A stretch of 63,977 bases of DNA, filler included. It is 6 parts of 6 records of this genome, joined end to end, with 100 filler letters (N's around TTAATTAATTAA, not from the genome) between each part and the next. Parts side by side here need not be neighbours in the genome. Positions count along the whole stretch, not along the records: positions 6,392 to 12,548 come from DRR723986_8240; positions 12,649 to 35,034 come from DRR723986_8246; 4 more parts are not named here. One strand, given 5' to 3'. Position 1 is the stretch's first letter; each line of letters opens with the position of its first letter. Made by a program: the position numbers and the translations under genes. This document shows, piece after piece, positions 11,259 through 20,429 of the stretch. The notes below the pieces were generated by a model that saw nothing but the letters and a program-made list of their open reading frames with translations, did not search any database and had not been told where the DNA came from.

Positions 11259-12437
11259 ATGAACGGAGCGGATACCGCCTGGATCATCGTGGCGACGGCA
11301 CTGGTGCTGTTCATGACATTGCCGGGACTGGCGCTGTTCTACGGGGGCCTCGTGCGCGCCCGCAACGTGCTCAGCGTCTTCATGCATTGCTACGCCATCG
11401 CCTGCGTCATGAGCGTGCTGTGGTTCGTGGCGGGCTATTCCATCGCCTTCGGCGAGGGCGGCGCGCTTTGGGGCGGGCTGGGCAAGGCCTTCCTGAACGG
11501 CGTCACCGTGGACAGCCTCTCGGGCACCCTGCCCGAGGTGCTGTTCTTCGCCTTCCAGATGACCTTTGCCATCATCACGCCCGCGCTGATCGTCGGCGCC
11601 TATGTGGAACGCGTGGGCTTCGGTTTCGTCCTGCTGTTCTCGGGGCTGTGGATGCTGCTGTGCTATGCGCCGGTGGTTCACTGGATCTGGGGCGGCGGGA
11701 TGCTGGCGGACGGCGGGATTTTCGGCGAGACCGGGGCGCGCGATTTCGCCGGGGGCATCGTGGTCCACGAGACCGCCGGTCTGGCGGCGCTGCTGATCGC
11801 GGTCTTCCTTGGCCCGCGCAAGTCGCAGACCAACCCGCCGCACAATCCCGGCTATGTCATGATCGGCGCGGCGATGCTCTGGGTCGGTTGGTTCGGCTTC
11901 AACGGCGGCTCGCAACTGGCAGCCGACGGCGGCGCGGCCATGGCGCTGACGGTGACGCATCTGTCCGCCGCGACCGCCTCGCTGACATGGGCGCTGTGGG
12001 AGAAGATCAAGTTCGGCAAGGCCTCGCTGGTGGGCATGGTGACGGGCACCATCGCGGGGCTGGCCTCGATCACGCCGGCCTCGGGCTTCGTCGGCCCGGT
12101 GGAGGCGCTGGTGATCGGCGCCGTCGCGGGCGTGCTTTGTCAGGAGGCGGTGACGCTGATCCGCAACCGGCTGAAGATCGACGACACGCTGGACGTCTTT
12201 GCGGTGCACGGCGTGGGCGGCATCTTCGGCACCATCATGATCGCGGCCTTCGGCGCCGGGACATGGGTGGCACAGCTTGGCTCGCTGCTGATCGTGGGCG
12301 TGTTCACCGTGGTGGTGACGGTGGCGCTGATCTTCGTGATCAAGGCAATCACCCCGCTGCGGGTCGAGCCGGAGGACGAAGAGCAGGGTCTGGACATCAC
12401 GGCGCATGGCGAGCGGGCCTACGACCACGCAAGCTGA
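11259..12437 (+). CDS. amtB: Ammonium transporter
   Basis: LFMTLPGLALFYGGLVR, FQMTFAIIT, DFAGGIVVH, LWVGWFGFNGGS, DDTLDVFAVHGVGG. Confidence 0.95.
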   Translation: MNGADTAWIIVATALVLFMTLPGLALFYGGLVRARNVLSVFMHCYAIACVMSVLWFVAGYSIAFGEGGALWGGLGKAFLNGVTVDSLSGTLPEVLFFAFQMTFAIITPALIVGAYVERVGFGFVLLFSGLWMLLCYAPVVHWIWGGGMLADGGIFGETGARDFAGGIVVHETAGLAALLIAVFLGPRKSQTNPPHNPGYVMIGAAMLWVGWFGFNGGSQLAADGGAAMALTVTHLSAATASLTWALWEKIKFGKASLVGMVTGTIAGLASITPASGFVGPVEALVIGAVAGVLCQEAVTLIRNRLKIDDTLDVFAVHGVGGIFGTIMIAAFGAGTWVAQLGSLLIVGVFTVVVTVALIFVIKAITPLRVEPEDEEQGLDITAHGERAYDHAS

Positions 12438-12486
12438 ACGCGCCACGCAAAGTGGTTTCGCCCCGGCCTTCGGCCCGGGCGACCGG

Positions 12487-12545
12487 TTGGGGAGGCTTTG
12501 CCTCCCCAAACCCCTCCAAGGTATTTTCGGACCAAAGAAGCAGGG
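12487..12545. repeat. Intergenic palindromic repeat element at the contig end
   Basis: Perfect hairpin TTGGGGAGGC-TTT-GCCTCCCCAA (12487-12509), then GGTATTTTCGGACCAAAGAAG, which resembles 63946-63977 in reverse complement. Confidence 0.6.
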
Positions 12546-12548
12546 GCG

Positions 12549-12648
12549 NNNNNNNNNNNNNNNNNNNNNNNNNNNNNNNNNNNNNNNNNNNNTTAATTAA
12601 TTAANNNNNNNNNNNNNNNNNNNNNNNNNNNNNNNNNNNNNNNNNNNN
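12549..12648. other. Artificial contig linker
   Basis: N44-TTAATTAATTAA-N44. Confidence 0.99.
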
Positions 12649-12826
12649 GCAAGTGGAGAGCCGGGCTCAAAGCGCTCAGAAACCAGCCAAAAAGCGCAAT
12701 TGCTAATGAGGATGCCGACTTTGTGTGCTGTGTTGCAGTGCATGATGATAAAATTCTATCTTACGTGACCGCAAAGTGTGAGCGACATTAGAAGTTTGAC
12801 TGGATACGCTATCGGAGTATTTTATC

Positions 12827-13270
12827 ATGAAGTTTAGTGGCGCCGTAGATATTAACAAACCAATTGATTTCGTTGTACGCTTGTTTGCTGATCCGAATAA
12901 TATCGGTGAATACCAGGATGGTTTTGTGCGTAAGGAAATGTTAAGTGGTCAGGCGGGGGAGAATGGGTCTGTTGCACGTTTGTTTTATTCGGACGGAAAA
13001 CGCGATATGATTCTGGAAGAAACCGTGCTGGATAATTCTTTGCCGGCCAGCTTTAAAACCGTCTACCATCACGAGCACATGGATAACACCATGATTTGCC
13101 GCTTTACAGCGCTTAATGCAGAAACCACGCGCTATGAGACGGAAGTTGAATACACGCGCATAAATTGGGCGATGCCACGCCTGATGGCGATTCTTTTCCC
13201 CTCCATGTACCGCAAGCCCGGTGAAAAGTGGATGCAGAACTTTAAAGCATTTGCTGAGCTGCAAAGCTGA
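12827..13270 (+). CDS. SRPBCC/START-like domain protein
   Basis: 147 aa; VDINKPIDFVVRLFADP N-terminus and C-terminal helix WMQNFKAFAE are typical of the SRPBCC fold; GGAG SD. Confidence 0.7.
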   Translation: MKFSGAVDINKPIDFVVRLFADPNNIGEYQDGFVRKEMLSGQAGENGSVARLFYSDGKRDMILEETVLDNSLPASFKTVYHHEHMDNTMICRFTALNAETTRYETEVEYTRINWAMPRLMAILFPSMYRKPGEKWMQNFKAFAELQS

Positions 13271-13371
13271 GCCCGGAGTTAATAATTCTTGTAAATTTAG
13301 CCGTGTACTTGAAACGGCGCTCGGTTGCAATGAGGCCATTTGTTTGCGCAATTAAACAGATCTGATCTGCT

Positions 13372-13800
13372 ATGGAAAACCTGGACGTCTACGATAAGCT
13401 GGTGGCAATGGACTCGCGATTTGATCGCCTGGGCAAAACTATGCCATACACGTCGGCAAATGGTTATATGTTCTCCCTGTTAAATAAAGCCGGTGAAATT
13501 GGAATACGGCTGCCTAAAGAGCGGGCTCGCGAATTTATTGAGCAGCACGATTCGGGTCCGTACAAATCCCATGGCGCTGTGATACGCGATTACGTCTTGA
13601 TTCCACCGGCATTGCTGCAGGACCTGGAACTGCTGGCGTGTGTACTTGGTGAGAGTTACGACTATGTGATGACGCTGAAGACGCCACCGCGTAAAAATCC
13701 ACCTAAGAAAAAAGCAGCCCCAAAAGCGGCCCCAAAAAAAGCAAAGAAATCTCCGGCCAAAAAAGCTCCAGCCAACCAGGCTGCCGCGAAAAAGAAATAG
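13372..13800 (+). CDS. TfoX_N-like hypothetical protein with a Lys/Ala/Pro-rich tail
   Basis: GKTMPYTSANGYMF...GIRL...HGAVIRDYVLIP core; tail KKKAAPKAAPKKAKKSPAKKAP. Confidence 0.55.
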   Translation: MENLDVYDKLVAMDSRFDRLGKTMPYTSANGYMFSLLNKAGEIGIRLPKERAREFIEQHDSGPYKSHGAVIRDYVLIPPALLQDLELLACVLGESYDYVMTLKTPPRKNPPKKKAAPKAAPKKAKKSPAKKAPANQAAAKKK

Positions 13801-14009
13801 GCTAAGCCGCCGGCCATCCAAATTCTGCGCGTCTTGGCGCCTGCTCCCTGCGCTTAACTATGCCGCTTGTATTCTCAGCTGAGGGCTGACCCGGTTATGT
13901 TGTGTCTGATAGACCTCCTGGATTCCTGTGCACCTGCAAGTTCAGCCCGAATTTTGTAGATTCGCGTGAACAATACGACGCAGCCAGGTGCTAAACAGGC
14001 AGGATAATT

Positions 14010-16196
14010 ATGCGGACTCCCGGTGGACTGAAATCGATTGGATACTCGTGGCGCGTGGCGCGCGAAGTTGGAATTGGCCGATTCTCGCGTTCGGTGATGT
14101 CCAAAAACGCCTGTAAAACCTGCGCCCTCGGGATGGGTGGGCAGCGCGGCGGCATGCGCAATGAGCTCGGCCACTTTCCCGAAATCTGTAAAAAGAGTCT
14201 GCAGGCGCAGCTGACGGACATTCAGGATGGCATCGCCGCCGAAAAGTTTAGAGAGTTGACGTTGACGAAGTTACGCGCTATGCGTCCGCGCGAACTGGAG
14301 CGCCTGGGCCGGCTGAATACACCCCTTTATAAAGCCGCCGGAGCGGATCGTTTTGAAGTTCGGACATGGGACGATTTGATTGCGATGACAGCGCAGCGTT
14401 TGCGCAACTGTGAACCGGATCGCAGCTTTTTTTATGCGTCCGGACGTTCCTCCAACGAAGCTGCGTTTTTGCTACATCTTTTTGTGCGTTTGTACGGCAC
14501 GAATAATGTTAACAATTGCTCATATTATTGTCACCAGGCTTCGGGTGTTGGTCTCTCCGGAACGATTGGAAGTGGCACGGCGACGGTGCAGCTGGAAGAC
14601 GTCAGCAAGGCGGATTGCATTTTTGTGATCGGTGCCAACCCCTCGTCAAATCATCCGCGTTTTATGAGTGATCTGCTGCGCTGCCGGCAGCGTGGTGGTC
14701 AGGTGATTGTTGTTAACCCCGCGTTGGAACCTGGCCTTCAGCGTTTTGTCGTTCCCAGTGATGTGCGCTCGATGTTAAGTGGTGGGTCGGACATTGCTTC
14801 GCACTATGTACAGCCGAATATTGGCAGCGATATTGCGGTAATGAAAGGCATTGCAAAAACCGTATTGGCGCTTAAAGCAGAGCAAGCCGATTTTGTTAGT
14901 AATTTTACCAGCAACTACGAAACATTTAAGTCTGAACTTGATGCAACGAGCTGGGAAGACATAGAGTCCGCCTGTGGAATTAGCCGCGCTAAATTGGCAG
15001 AGCTTGGCAGAGTATATGCGTCCGCTAAGAATGTCGTCTTTACCTGGGCGATGGGCATCACACATCACGAGCATGGCGTCGGCAATGTTGAAATGATTGT
15101 TAACCTTGCACTGATGCGCGGGATGATTGGACGTCCACATGCGGGTTTACTGCCGCTGCGCGGACATTCCAATGTGCAGGGTGTTGGATCCGTGGGTGTA
15201 ACACCAACGCTTAAAAAGCCCATCCTGGAGGCAATTGAACGCGAGCTGGGCGTTACGCTGCCGCGCACACCGGGGATGGATACGATGGCGTGCATGCGCG
15301 CGTCGATGCAGGGTGACGTTGATGTGGCCTTTCTGCTTGGCGGCAATCTGTTCGGCTCAAATCCTGACAGGACTTACGCGGAAAAAGCTTTAAACAAGAT
15401 TCCCTTCAAAGTTTTCCTGAATACGACCTTAAACGAAGGCCATGTTTATGGCGTGGATGAGGAAGTTGTAATCCTGCCTGTGGCCGCGCGTGATGAAGAG
15501 CAGCAGCGCACCACACAGGAGTCAATGTTTAACTTTGTGCGTTTAAGTGACGGCGGGCCCGTGCGGCTGGATAATGTGCGCTCCGAGGCTGAAATTGTCT
15601 GTGAACTTGCCGTTGCAGTACTCGGTGCCGATGCGCCGATAGACTTCCAGCGTTTCCGCGACTTTGACTCTGTGCGAGAAGCGATAGCCAAGACTGTGCC
15701 CGGCTATGCCGACATTAAAGACATTAACAAAACCGAGCGCGAGTTCCAGATTGACGGCCGCACAATTCACGCGCCGGAGTTTAACACGCCCGATGGCCGC
15801 GCGGTCTTTACGGCCATTCCGCTACCGCAAGAGGCTCCCCTGGCGGACAACGAATTCAGAATGATGACCGTCCGCAGTGAAGGGCAGTTTAACTCCATTG
15901 TTTACGAGGAAGAGGACGCATGGCGCGGACAAACAGAGCGTTGGATTGTGATGATGAGTCCGCGCGATATAGAGCGCCTGAATATGCGCGAAGATGAACT
16001 GGTAACATTAAAGTCACCTGTTGGCGAAATGCAGGACGTGCGCGTGCGTGCATTTGATATGCCGCCTGGTAATGTCATGACATACTACCCGGAAGCGAAT
16101 ATTCTGGTGCCTGCAAAAAGTGACAGGCGCAGTTTAACACCGGCGTTTAAGAATATCCGCATAAGTGTGCATCCGGCCGGATCGGCAAAGCCCTAA
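14010..16196 (+). CDS. FdhF/YdeP-family molybdopterin oxidoreductase
   Basis: CKTC, FYASGRSSNEAAF, NNCSYYCHQASG, GANPSSNHPR, PLRGHSNVQG, MTVRSEGQFNS, YYPEANILV, TPAFK. Confidence 0.9.
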   Translation: MRTPGGLKSIGYSWRVAREVGIGRFSRSVMSKNACKTCALGMGGQRGGMRNELGHFPEICKKSLQAQLTDIQDGIAAEKFRELTLTKLRAMRPRELERLGRLNTPLYKAAGADRFEVRTWDDLIAMTAQRLRNCEPDRSFFYASGRSSNEAAFLLHLFVRLYGTNNVNNCSYYCHQASGVGLSGTIGSGTATVQLEDVSKADCIFVIGANPSSNHPRFMSDLLRCRQRGGQVIVVNPALEPGLQRFVVPSDVRSMLSGGSDIASHYVQPNIGSDIAVMKGIAKTVLALKAEQADFVSNFTSNYETFKSELDATSWEDIESACGISRAKLAELGRVYASAKNVVFTWAMGITHHEHGVGNVEMIVNLALMRGMIGRPHAGLLPLRGHSNVQGVGSVGVTPTLKKPILEAIERELGVTLPRTPGMDTMACMRASMQGDVDVAFLLGGNLFGSNPDRTYAEKALNKIPFKVFLNTTLNEGHVYGVDEEVVILPVAARDEEQQRTTQESMFNFVRLSDGGPVRLDNVRSEAEIVCELAVAVLGADAPIDFQRFRDFDSVREAIAKTVPGYADIKDINKTEREFQIDGRTIHAPEFNTPDGRAVFTAIPLPQEAPLADNEFRMMTVRSEGQFNSIVYEEEDAWRGQTERWIVMMSPRDIERLNMREDELVTLKSPVGEMQDVRVRAFDMPPGNVMTYYPEANILVPAKSDRRSLTPAFKNIRISVHPAGSAKP

Positions 16197-16262
16197 TTGG
16201 GACGGCATCTTAGGACTGAATAATTAATAAATAGTGTTAAGAGTCTAATGAGCGAGGTTGTG

Positions 16263-17072
16263 ATGTCGCAAATATATTCCGTGCAGGATGCTGAAGGCGA
16301 AGTGCAGCCAATTCTCGTGAGTGTGCCGCATGCCGGCACGAAATTTCCAGCCGAAGTACGTGCAGCATACAAGCCGAAGTTTGTGCAGCAGCCAGTTGAT
16401 ACGGATTGGTTTGTAGATCGCTTATATGACTTTGTACCCGCCATGGGAATTACGCTCGTAAGCGCGCAACTCAGTCGATTTGTGGTTGACCTTAACCGCA
16501 ACCCTGCCGGTGCTGCGCTGTATGGTGACGGCCGCGTAATAACCGGTGTAGTTCCGACGACGACTTTTAACGGCGAAACAATTTACGCAGGAGTTGAGCC
16601 GGACGCTTCTGAGCTTGAGCGTCGTGTGCGGGCATACTTTATGCCATACCATGAGCACCTGGCCGCCCGTTTAAGTGAATTGCGCAAACGCTTCAGGCAT
16701 GTGCTGCTGTGGGACTGCCATTCTATTAAACAAGTGGTTCCCGGCATTCGGCCGGTTGCATTTCCGGATTTGATACTTGGGGATGCGGACGGCAGTACGG
16801 CTGACCCACGCCTGAGCCGCTGCGTATTGGATGTTTTAGGCGGGGATTCTGAATGTAGCTTAACACATAATACCCCATTTAAAGGCGGCTTTATCACGCG
16901 TTCATTTGGCGATCCGGCGGGCGGAGTGCATGCCTTGCAGCTTGAAATGACGCAGCCAATGTACATGGATGAAGACAGGGTGTTATACGATGAGGCACGT
17001 GCTCGTAAAATGCGGCACAAGCTGCGTTTAACATTTGAGGCTTTACTGGCGCAACTACAGGAAATGCAATGA
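16263..17072 (+). CDS. hutG: N-formylglutamate amidohydrolase (deformylase)
   Basis: PILVSVPHAG, DTDWFVDRLY, SRFVVDLNR, PYH, WDCHSI, PFKGGFITR, HALQLE; ATG at 16263 has a GAGG SD. Confidence 0.9.
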   Translation: MSQIYSVQDAEGEVQPILVSVPHAGTKFPAEVRAAYKPKFVQQPVDTDWFVDRLYDFVPAMGITLVSAQLSRFVVDLNRNPAGAALYGDGRVITGVVPTTTFNGETIYAGVEPDASELERRVRAYFMPYHEHLAARLSELRKRFRHVLLWDCHSIKQVVPGIRPVAFPDLILGDADGSTADPRLSRCVLDVLGGDSECSLTHNTPFKGGFITRSFGDPAGGVHALQLEMTQPMYMDEDRVLYDEARARKMRHKLRLTFEALLAQLQEMQ

Positions 17073-18460
17073 CAAGTTCGCGATGGATCGATTGTGAATC
17101 ACTCTGGGACGGAAAACAATGGCGCGAGTCTGCTTTTGTTGGCCTGGATGCAAACGGCGTAATTACCGAAATATCTGACAGGTCCCGCGCCGTGAGTTCG
17201 GGACTCGCAATTGAGAGAGTTGCCGGCTGGGTTCTGCCTGGGTTTGTTAATGCGCACTCGCATGCTTTTCAGTTTGCGATGGCGGGTCTGGCTGAGCACC
17301 TGGCGCCGGGAGCCGCGGATGACAACTTCTGGTCATGGCGCGAGATGATGTATTCTCTAGCTCTTGAGATCAGTCCGGAAGAGCTTGAGGCTGTAGCGGC
17401 CATGCTGTATGCTGAGATGTTACGCTGTGGTTATACGCGCGTTGTGGAATTCCACTATCTGCATCACGACGCTGACGGCAGAGAGTATGCCAATCAGGCT
17501 GAGATGGCGGAGCGCCTCGCGGCTGCGGCAGAGCGCGCGGGGATTGGGCTTACGCTGGCGCCGATGTACTATAATACCGGGGACTTTGGACGTGCGGCGC
17601 AGCCGCGCCAGCGACGCTTTATCAGTGCATCAACTGAAGACTATGAGCGTTTGCTCGACGGGTCAGCACGTGCACTGCGCAACCTGCCGGATGGAATTCT
17701 GGCGCGCGGCGTGCATTCTTTGCGTGCCGCCGGGCCGGTAGATGTAAAAGCCGTGTTTGCTGCTGCGCCGAATATGCCTGTACACATCCATGTGGCTGAG
17801 CAAGTGCTTGAAGTTCAGCGCAGCCAGGCAGCCCTGGGCGCGCGGCCTGTGCAGTGGCTGCTGGACAACGTAGACATTGGGCCAAGCAGTAATCTGGTGC
17901 ATGCTACTCATCTTGATCCAGGTGAGACGCGGGGACTGGCTGCTAGTGGAGCCGTCGCAGTGTTATGTCCCAGCACCGAAGGCAATCTGGGTGACGGTTT
18001 CTTTGACCTGAAAAATTATGCACATGCCGGCGGTATCTGGTCGATTGGCAGTGACAGCCATGTAGGCCTCAATCCAATCGAGGAGTTGCGCTGGCTCGAC
18101 TATGGCCGGCGCATGCAGGACCGTCAGCGCAATGTTTTGTGCCAGGCAGGCGACGATGACAGCGGAGAGATAGCGATTGGTGCGGCACTTGCCGGTGGTA
18201 GTTTGTCGGCGGGGCTGACGCACGCGGGGCTTGAGCCCGGTGCTTCATTCGACGCGATTGTAATCGACTCAGAGGCGCCTGTTCTATATGGGGTTCCGAT
18301 TGCCCGGCGACTTTCCGCGCTTGTCTATGCTGCAGACAGTAACGTTTTGCGCGCTACATACAGGCGCGGGGTGCAAATTGTGAGTGCAGGAAAACATCGC
18401 GAGCATGAATTCATCCGTGCGGCTTACCAAAAGGCATTGCGGCGCTTGCGTCCGCAGTAA
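17069..18460 (+). CDS. hutF: Formimidoylglutamate deiminase
   Basis: PGFVNAHSHAFQ, NFWSWREMMY, EFHYLHH, HSLRA, HIHVAEQ, CPSTEGNLGDG, GSDSH; ATGA overlap with hutG. Confidence 0.92.
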   Translation: MTSSRWIDCESLWDGKQWRESAFVGLDANGVITEISDRSRAVSSGLAIERVAGWVLPGFVNAHSHAFQFAMAGLAEHLAPGAADDNFWSWREMMYSLALEISPEELEAVAAMLYAEMLRCGYTRVVEFHYLHHDADGREYANQAEMAERLAAAAERAGIGLTLAPMYYNTGDFGRAAQPRQRRFISASTEDYERLLDGSARALRNLPDGILARGVHSLRAAGPVDVKAVFAAAPNMPVHIHVAEQVLEVQRSQAALGARPVQWLLDNVDIGPSSNLVHATHLDPGETRGLAASGAVAVLCPSTEGNLGDGFFDLKNYAHAGGIWSIGSDSHVGLNPIEELRWLDYGRRMQDRQRNVLCQAGDDDSGEIAIGAALAGGSLSAGLTHAGLEPGASFDAIVIDSEAPVLYGVPIARRLSALVYAADSNVLRATYRRGVQIVSAGKHREHEFIRAAYQKALRRLRPQ

Positions 18461-18682
18461 AAAAATGTTGGCGGCGAACTTTGCAGTCACAGCGCTGCCT
18501 TTCAGGGCGCGCAGCCGATTTGCGGCTGGTATTGATGGCGCAATTCTACAGGTTTCCTGATAGATATCATTGGAATTCAGAAGCGGCCGCCGTAAATTCG
18601 TCAGATTGTTGCAGAAGGCCTGCGCTTTTACGCGGCCTCATTCAATCCCGCCAAAACAAACGGGTAGGCGAGCAAGACGTTT

Positions 18683-19048
18683 ATGGACACTCTCGGCACA
18701 CAGTATCTTCCAATCGTCGTTACGATTGTAGTTGGCCTGATATTCGGCATTATCATGCTGAAGTTGCACGAATGGCTTGGCCCACGTCGTAGTAATGCTC
18801 AGAAGCTTTCAACATATGAAAGCGGTATGAAGCCTATCAAGACTGCCCATGAGCGGTTCACCGTCAAGTTTTATCTCGTTACCATGTTATTCATCGTGTT
18901 TGACATTGAGATTGTCTTCATGTATCCGTGGGCGGTCCAGTTCAAAGAGCTGGGAACGCAGGGATACATTGCGATGATGTTGTTTATGGTGATGCTTTTT
19001 GCCGGTTACATCTATGTAGTCAAGAAAGGAGCCCTCGAATGGGATTAA
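18683..19048 (+). CDS. nuoA: NADH:quinone oxidoreductase subunit A
   Basis: [34 protein letters not shown]; three TM helices. Confidence 0.93.
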   Translation: MDTLGTQYLPIVVTIVVGLIFGIIMLKLHEWLGPRRSNAQKLSTYESGMKPIKTAHERFTVKFYLVTMLFIVFDIEIVFMYPWAVQFKELGTQGYIAMMLFMVMLFAGYIYVVKKGALEWD

Positions 19049-19560
19049 ACGAAACGCTCGAGCGCGATGGCTTTGTAACGACGACGGTAGACGCACTGAT
19101 CAAGTGGGGGCAGAAAAACGCAGTATGGCCGATGCCGCTGGGAATTTCTTGTTGTGGTATTGAAATGATGGCTTTGGCCGGTCCGCGGACGGACGTGGCT
19201 CGTTTTGGTTCAGAGGTGTTTCGCTTTTCGCCCCGCCAGGCAGATTTGTTGATTGTTGCTGGAACAGTGACCTACAAAATGTCGTGGGTCGTACGCAAAA
19301 TTTACGATCAAATGCCTGACCCTAAATGGGTAATTGCAATGGGCGTTTGCACTTCCACGGGTGGAATGTTCCGGTCATATCCTGTTGTTCAGGGTATCGA
19401 TACCTTTTTACCGGTAGACGTTTATGTAGGTGGTTGTCCTCCGCGTCCCGAAGCTCTCGTGAAAGCGTTGATGACAATCCAAGATAAAATTGACCGCACG
19501 AAACCAACTATCATTGACCCTGAACCTGTGTCAGGCTCTGATGTGGTGATGCCGGGATAA
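19039..19560 (+). CDS. nuoB: NADH:quinone oxidoreductase subunit B
   Basis: [50 protein letters not shown] (N2 ligands); ATG at 19039 overlaps the nuoA end. Confidence 0.95.
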   Translation: MGLNETLERDGFVTTTVDALIKWGQKNAVWPMPLGISCCGIEMMALAGPRTDVARFGSEVFRFSPRQADLLIVAGTVTYKMSWVVRKIYDQMPDPKWVIAMGVCTSTGGMFRSYPVVQGIDTFLPVDVYVGGCPPRPEALVKALMTIQDKIDRTKPTIIDPEPVSGSDVVMPG

Positions 19561-19563
19561 ATA

Positions 19564-19605
19564 AAAAGTGGCAAGCGATAGACAAGCTTGCCACTTTTGT
19601 TTTTT
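19564..19605 (+). terminator. Intrinsic terminator after nuoB (possibly bidirectional)
   Basis: AAAAGTGGCAAGC-N9-GCTTGCCACTTTT followed by GTTTTTT. Confidence 0.8.
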
Positions 19606-19688
19606 GCGTCCGCGTGGAAATCCTTATTTTTGCCGCCACCTGAAAAAGGCGGCGCAGCTTCTTAAGTACGAATCAACAGACGTATTAT

Positions 19689-20252
19689 ATGTACCCAATC
19701 GTACGAGTTTCTTTCGGTGTTTTTGTCTCAGTCGTTCTGCTGATTCTCATGTCCAACTCCTGCGGCTTTTTTATCTCGCCGTCGGACGACCCTGCCTGGG
19801 TTGAGGTCAAAACAGACGATGCCGCAGTAGGCGGCGGTGGCGAAGGTGGCATTACCGGCCCCGGCGTAAAAGTATACCAACGAGTATGCCAATCGTGTCA
19901 CCAGGGGAATGGTAAAGGTCTTGCTGGAGTATATCCTTCACTTGCCGGGTCCGATTGGGTTCAGGGAGATCCTGGAATTCCGATTCGTCTGGTGCTACAT
20001 GGATTCAGCGGTGAAATTGAACGTAACGGAAACACATACAATGGTGTGATGACGCCTTGGGGTGAAGTTCTTGATGATCAGGAAATCGCCAACGTCATTA
20101 CAACAATTCGCGCTTCATTTGGAAACTCTGCCGAAGCGGTAAGTAGTGACCTTGTGGCCGAAGTGCGCGCAGCAACAGCAAGTCGCCTTGGACCTTACAG
20201 CGAAGCTGATGTCCTGGAAGAAATGGCTGTCAGCGCGAGTGCTGAAGAATAA
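19689..20252 (+). CDS. Monoheme cytochrome c, probable lipoprotein
   Basis: Hydrophobic N-terminus ending in SNSC; CQSCH heme motif; YPSLAGS; distal Met in GVMTPW. Confidence 0.85.
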   Translation: MYPIVRVSFGVFVSVVLLILMSNSCGFFISPSDDPAWVEVKTDDAAVGGGGEGGITGPGVKVYQRVCQSCHQGNGKGLAGVYPSLAGSDWVQGDPGIPIRLVLHGFSGEIERNGNTYNGVMTPWGEVLDDQEIANVITTIRASFGNSAEAVSSDLVAEVRAATASRLGPYSEADVLEEMAVSASAEE

Positions 20253-20429
20253 CGTACTGTGAGCCACTCCGGCATCACAGTTGTCGTCCCGGCGTGTCAG
20301 GCGCATGGAATTACCGGGAAGGGCGATCGACGAGACTGACGTGACAGCAGGTGATTAAGCGCCCATCGCGCTTCCACAGAGGAAGTAGCGGTGCCTTGAG
20401 AGGATTAACCATTAGCGATTTCTAACGAT

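Noticed and set aside
6823-12604. Long alternative-frame ORFs (for example 6823-7980, 9342-10709, 11034-12509, 11387-12604)
   Set aside because: Shadow ORFs over well-supported genes in high-GC DNA; no motifs.
12649-12760. Possible 5' end of a minus-strand gene at the contig start
   Set aside because: Too short to assign a frame or product.
14010-16196. Selenocysteine formate dehydrogenase
   Set aside because: The ORF is uninterrupted with Cys at the YCHQ site; there is no in-frame TGA.
18468-18485. TTGGCGGCGAACTTTGCA as a sigma-54 promoter for nuoAB
   Set aside because: The GG-to-GC distance is 11 nt rather than the required 10.
18560-18625. Clustered EcoRV, EcoRI, NotI and StuI sites suggesting a vector or chimeric junction before nuoA
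   Set aside because: I recognise no polylinker sequence and chance clustering is plausible; only read mapping could show a chimera.
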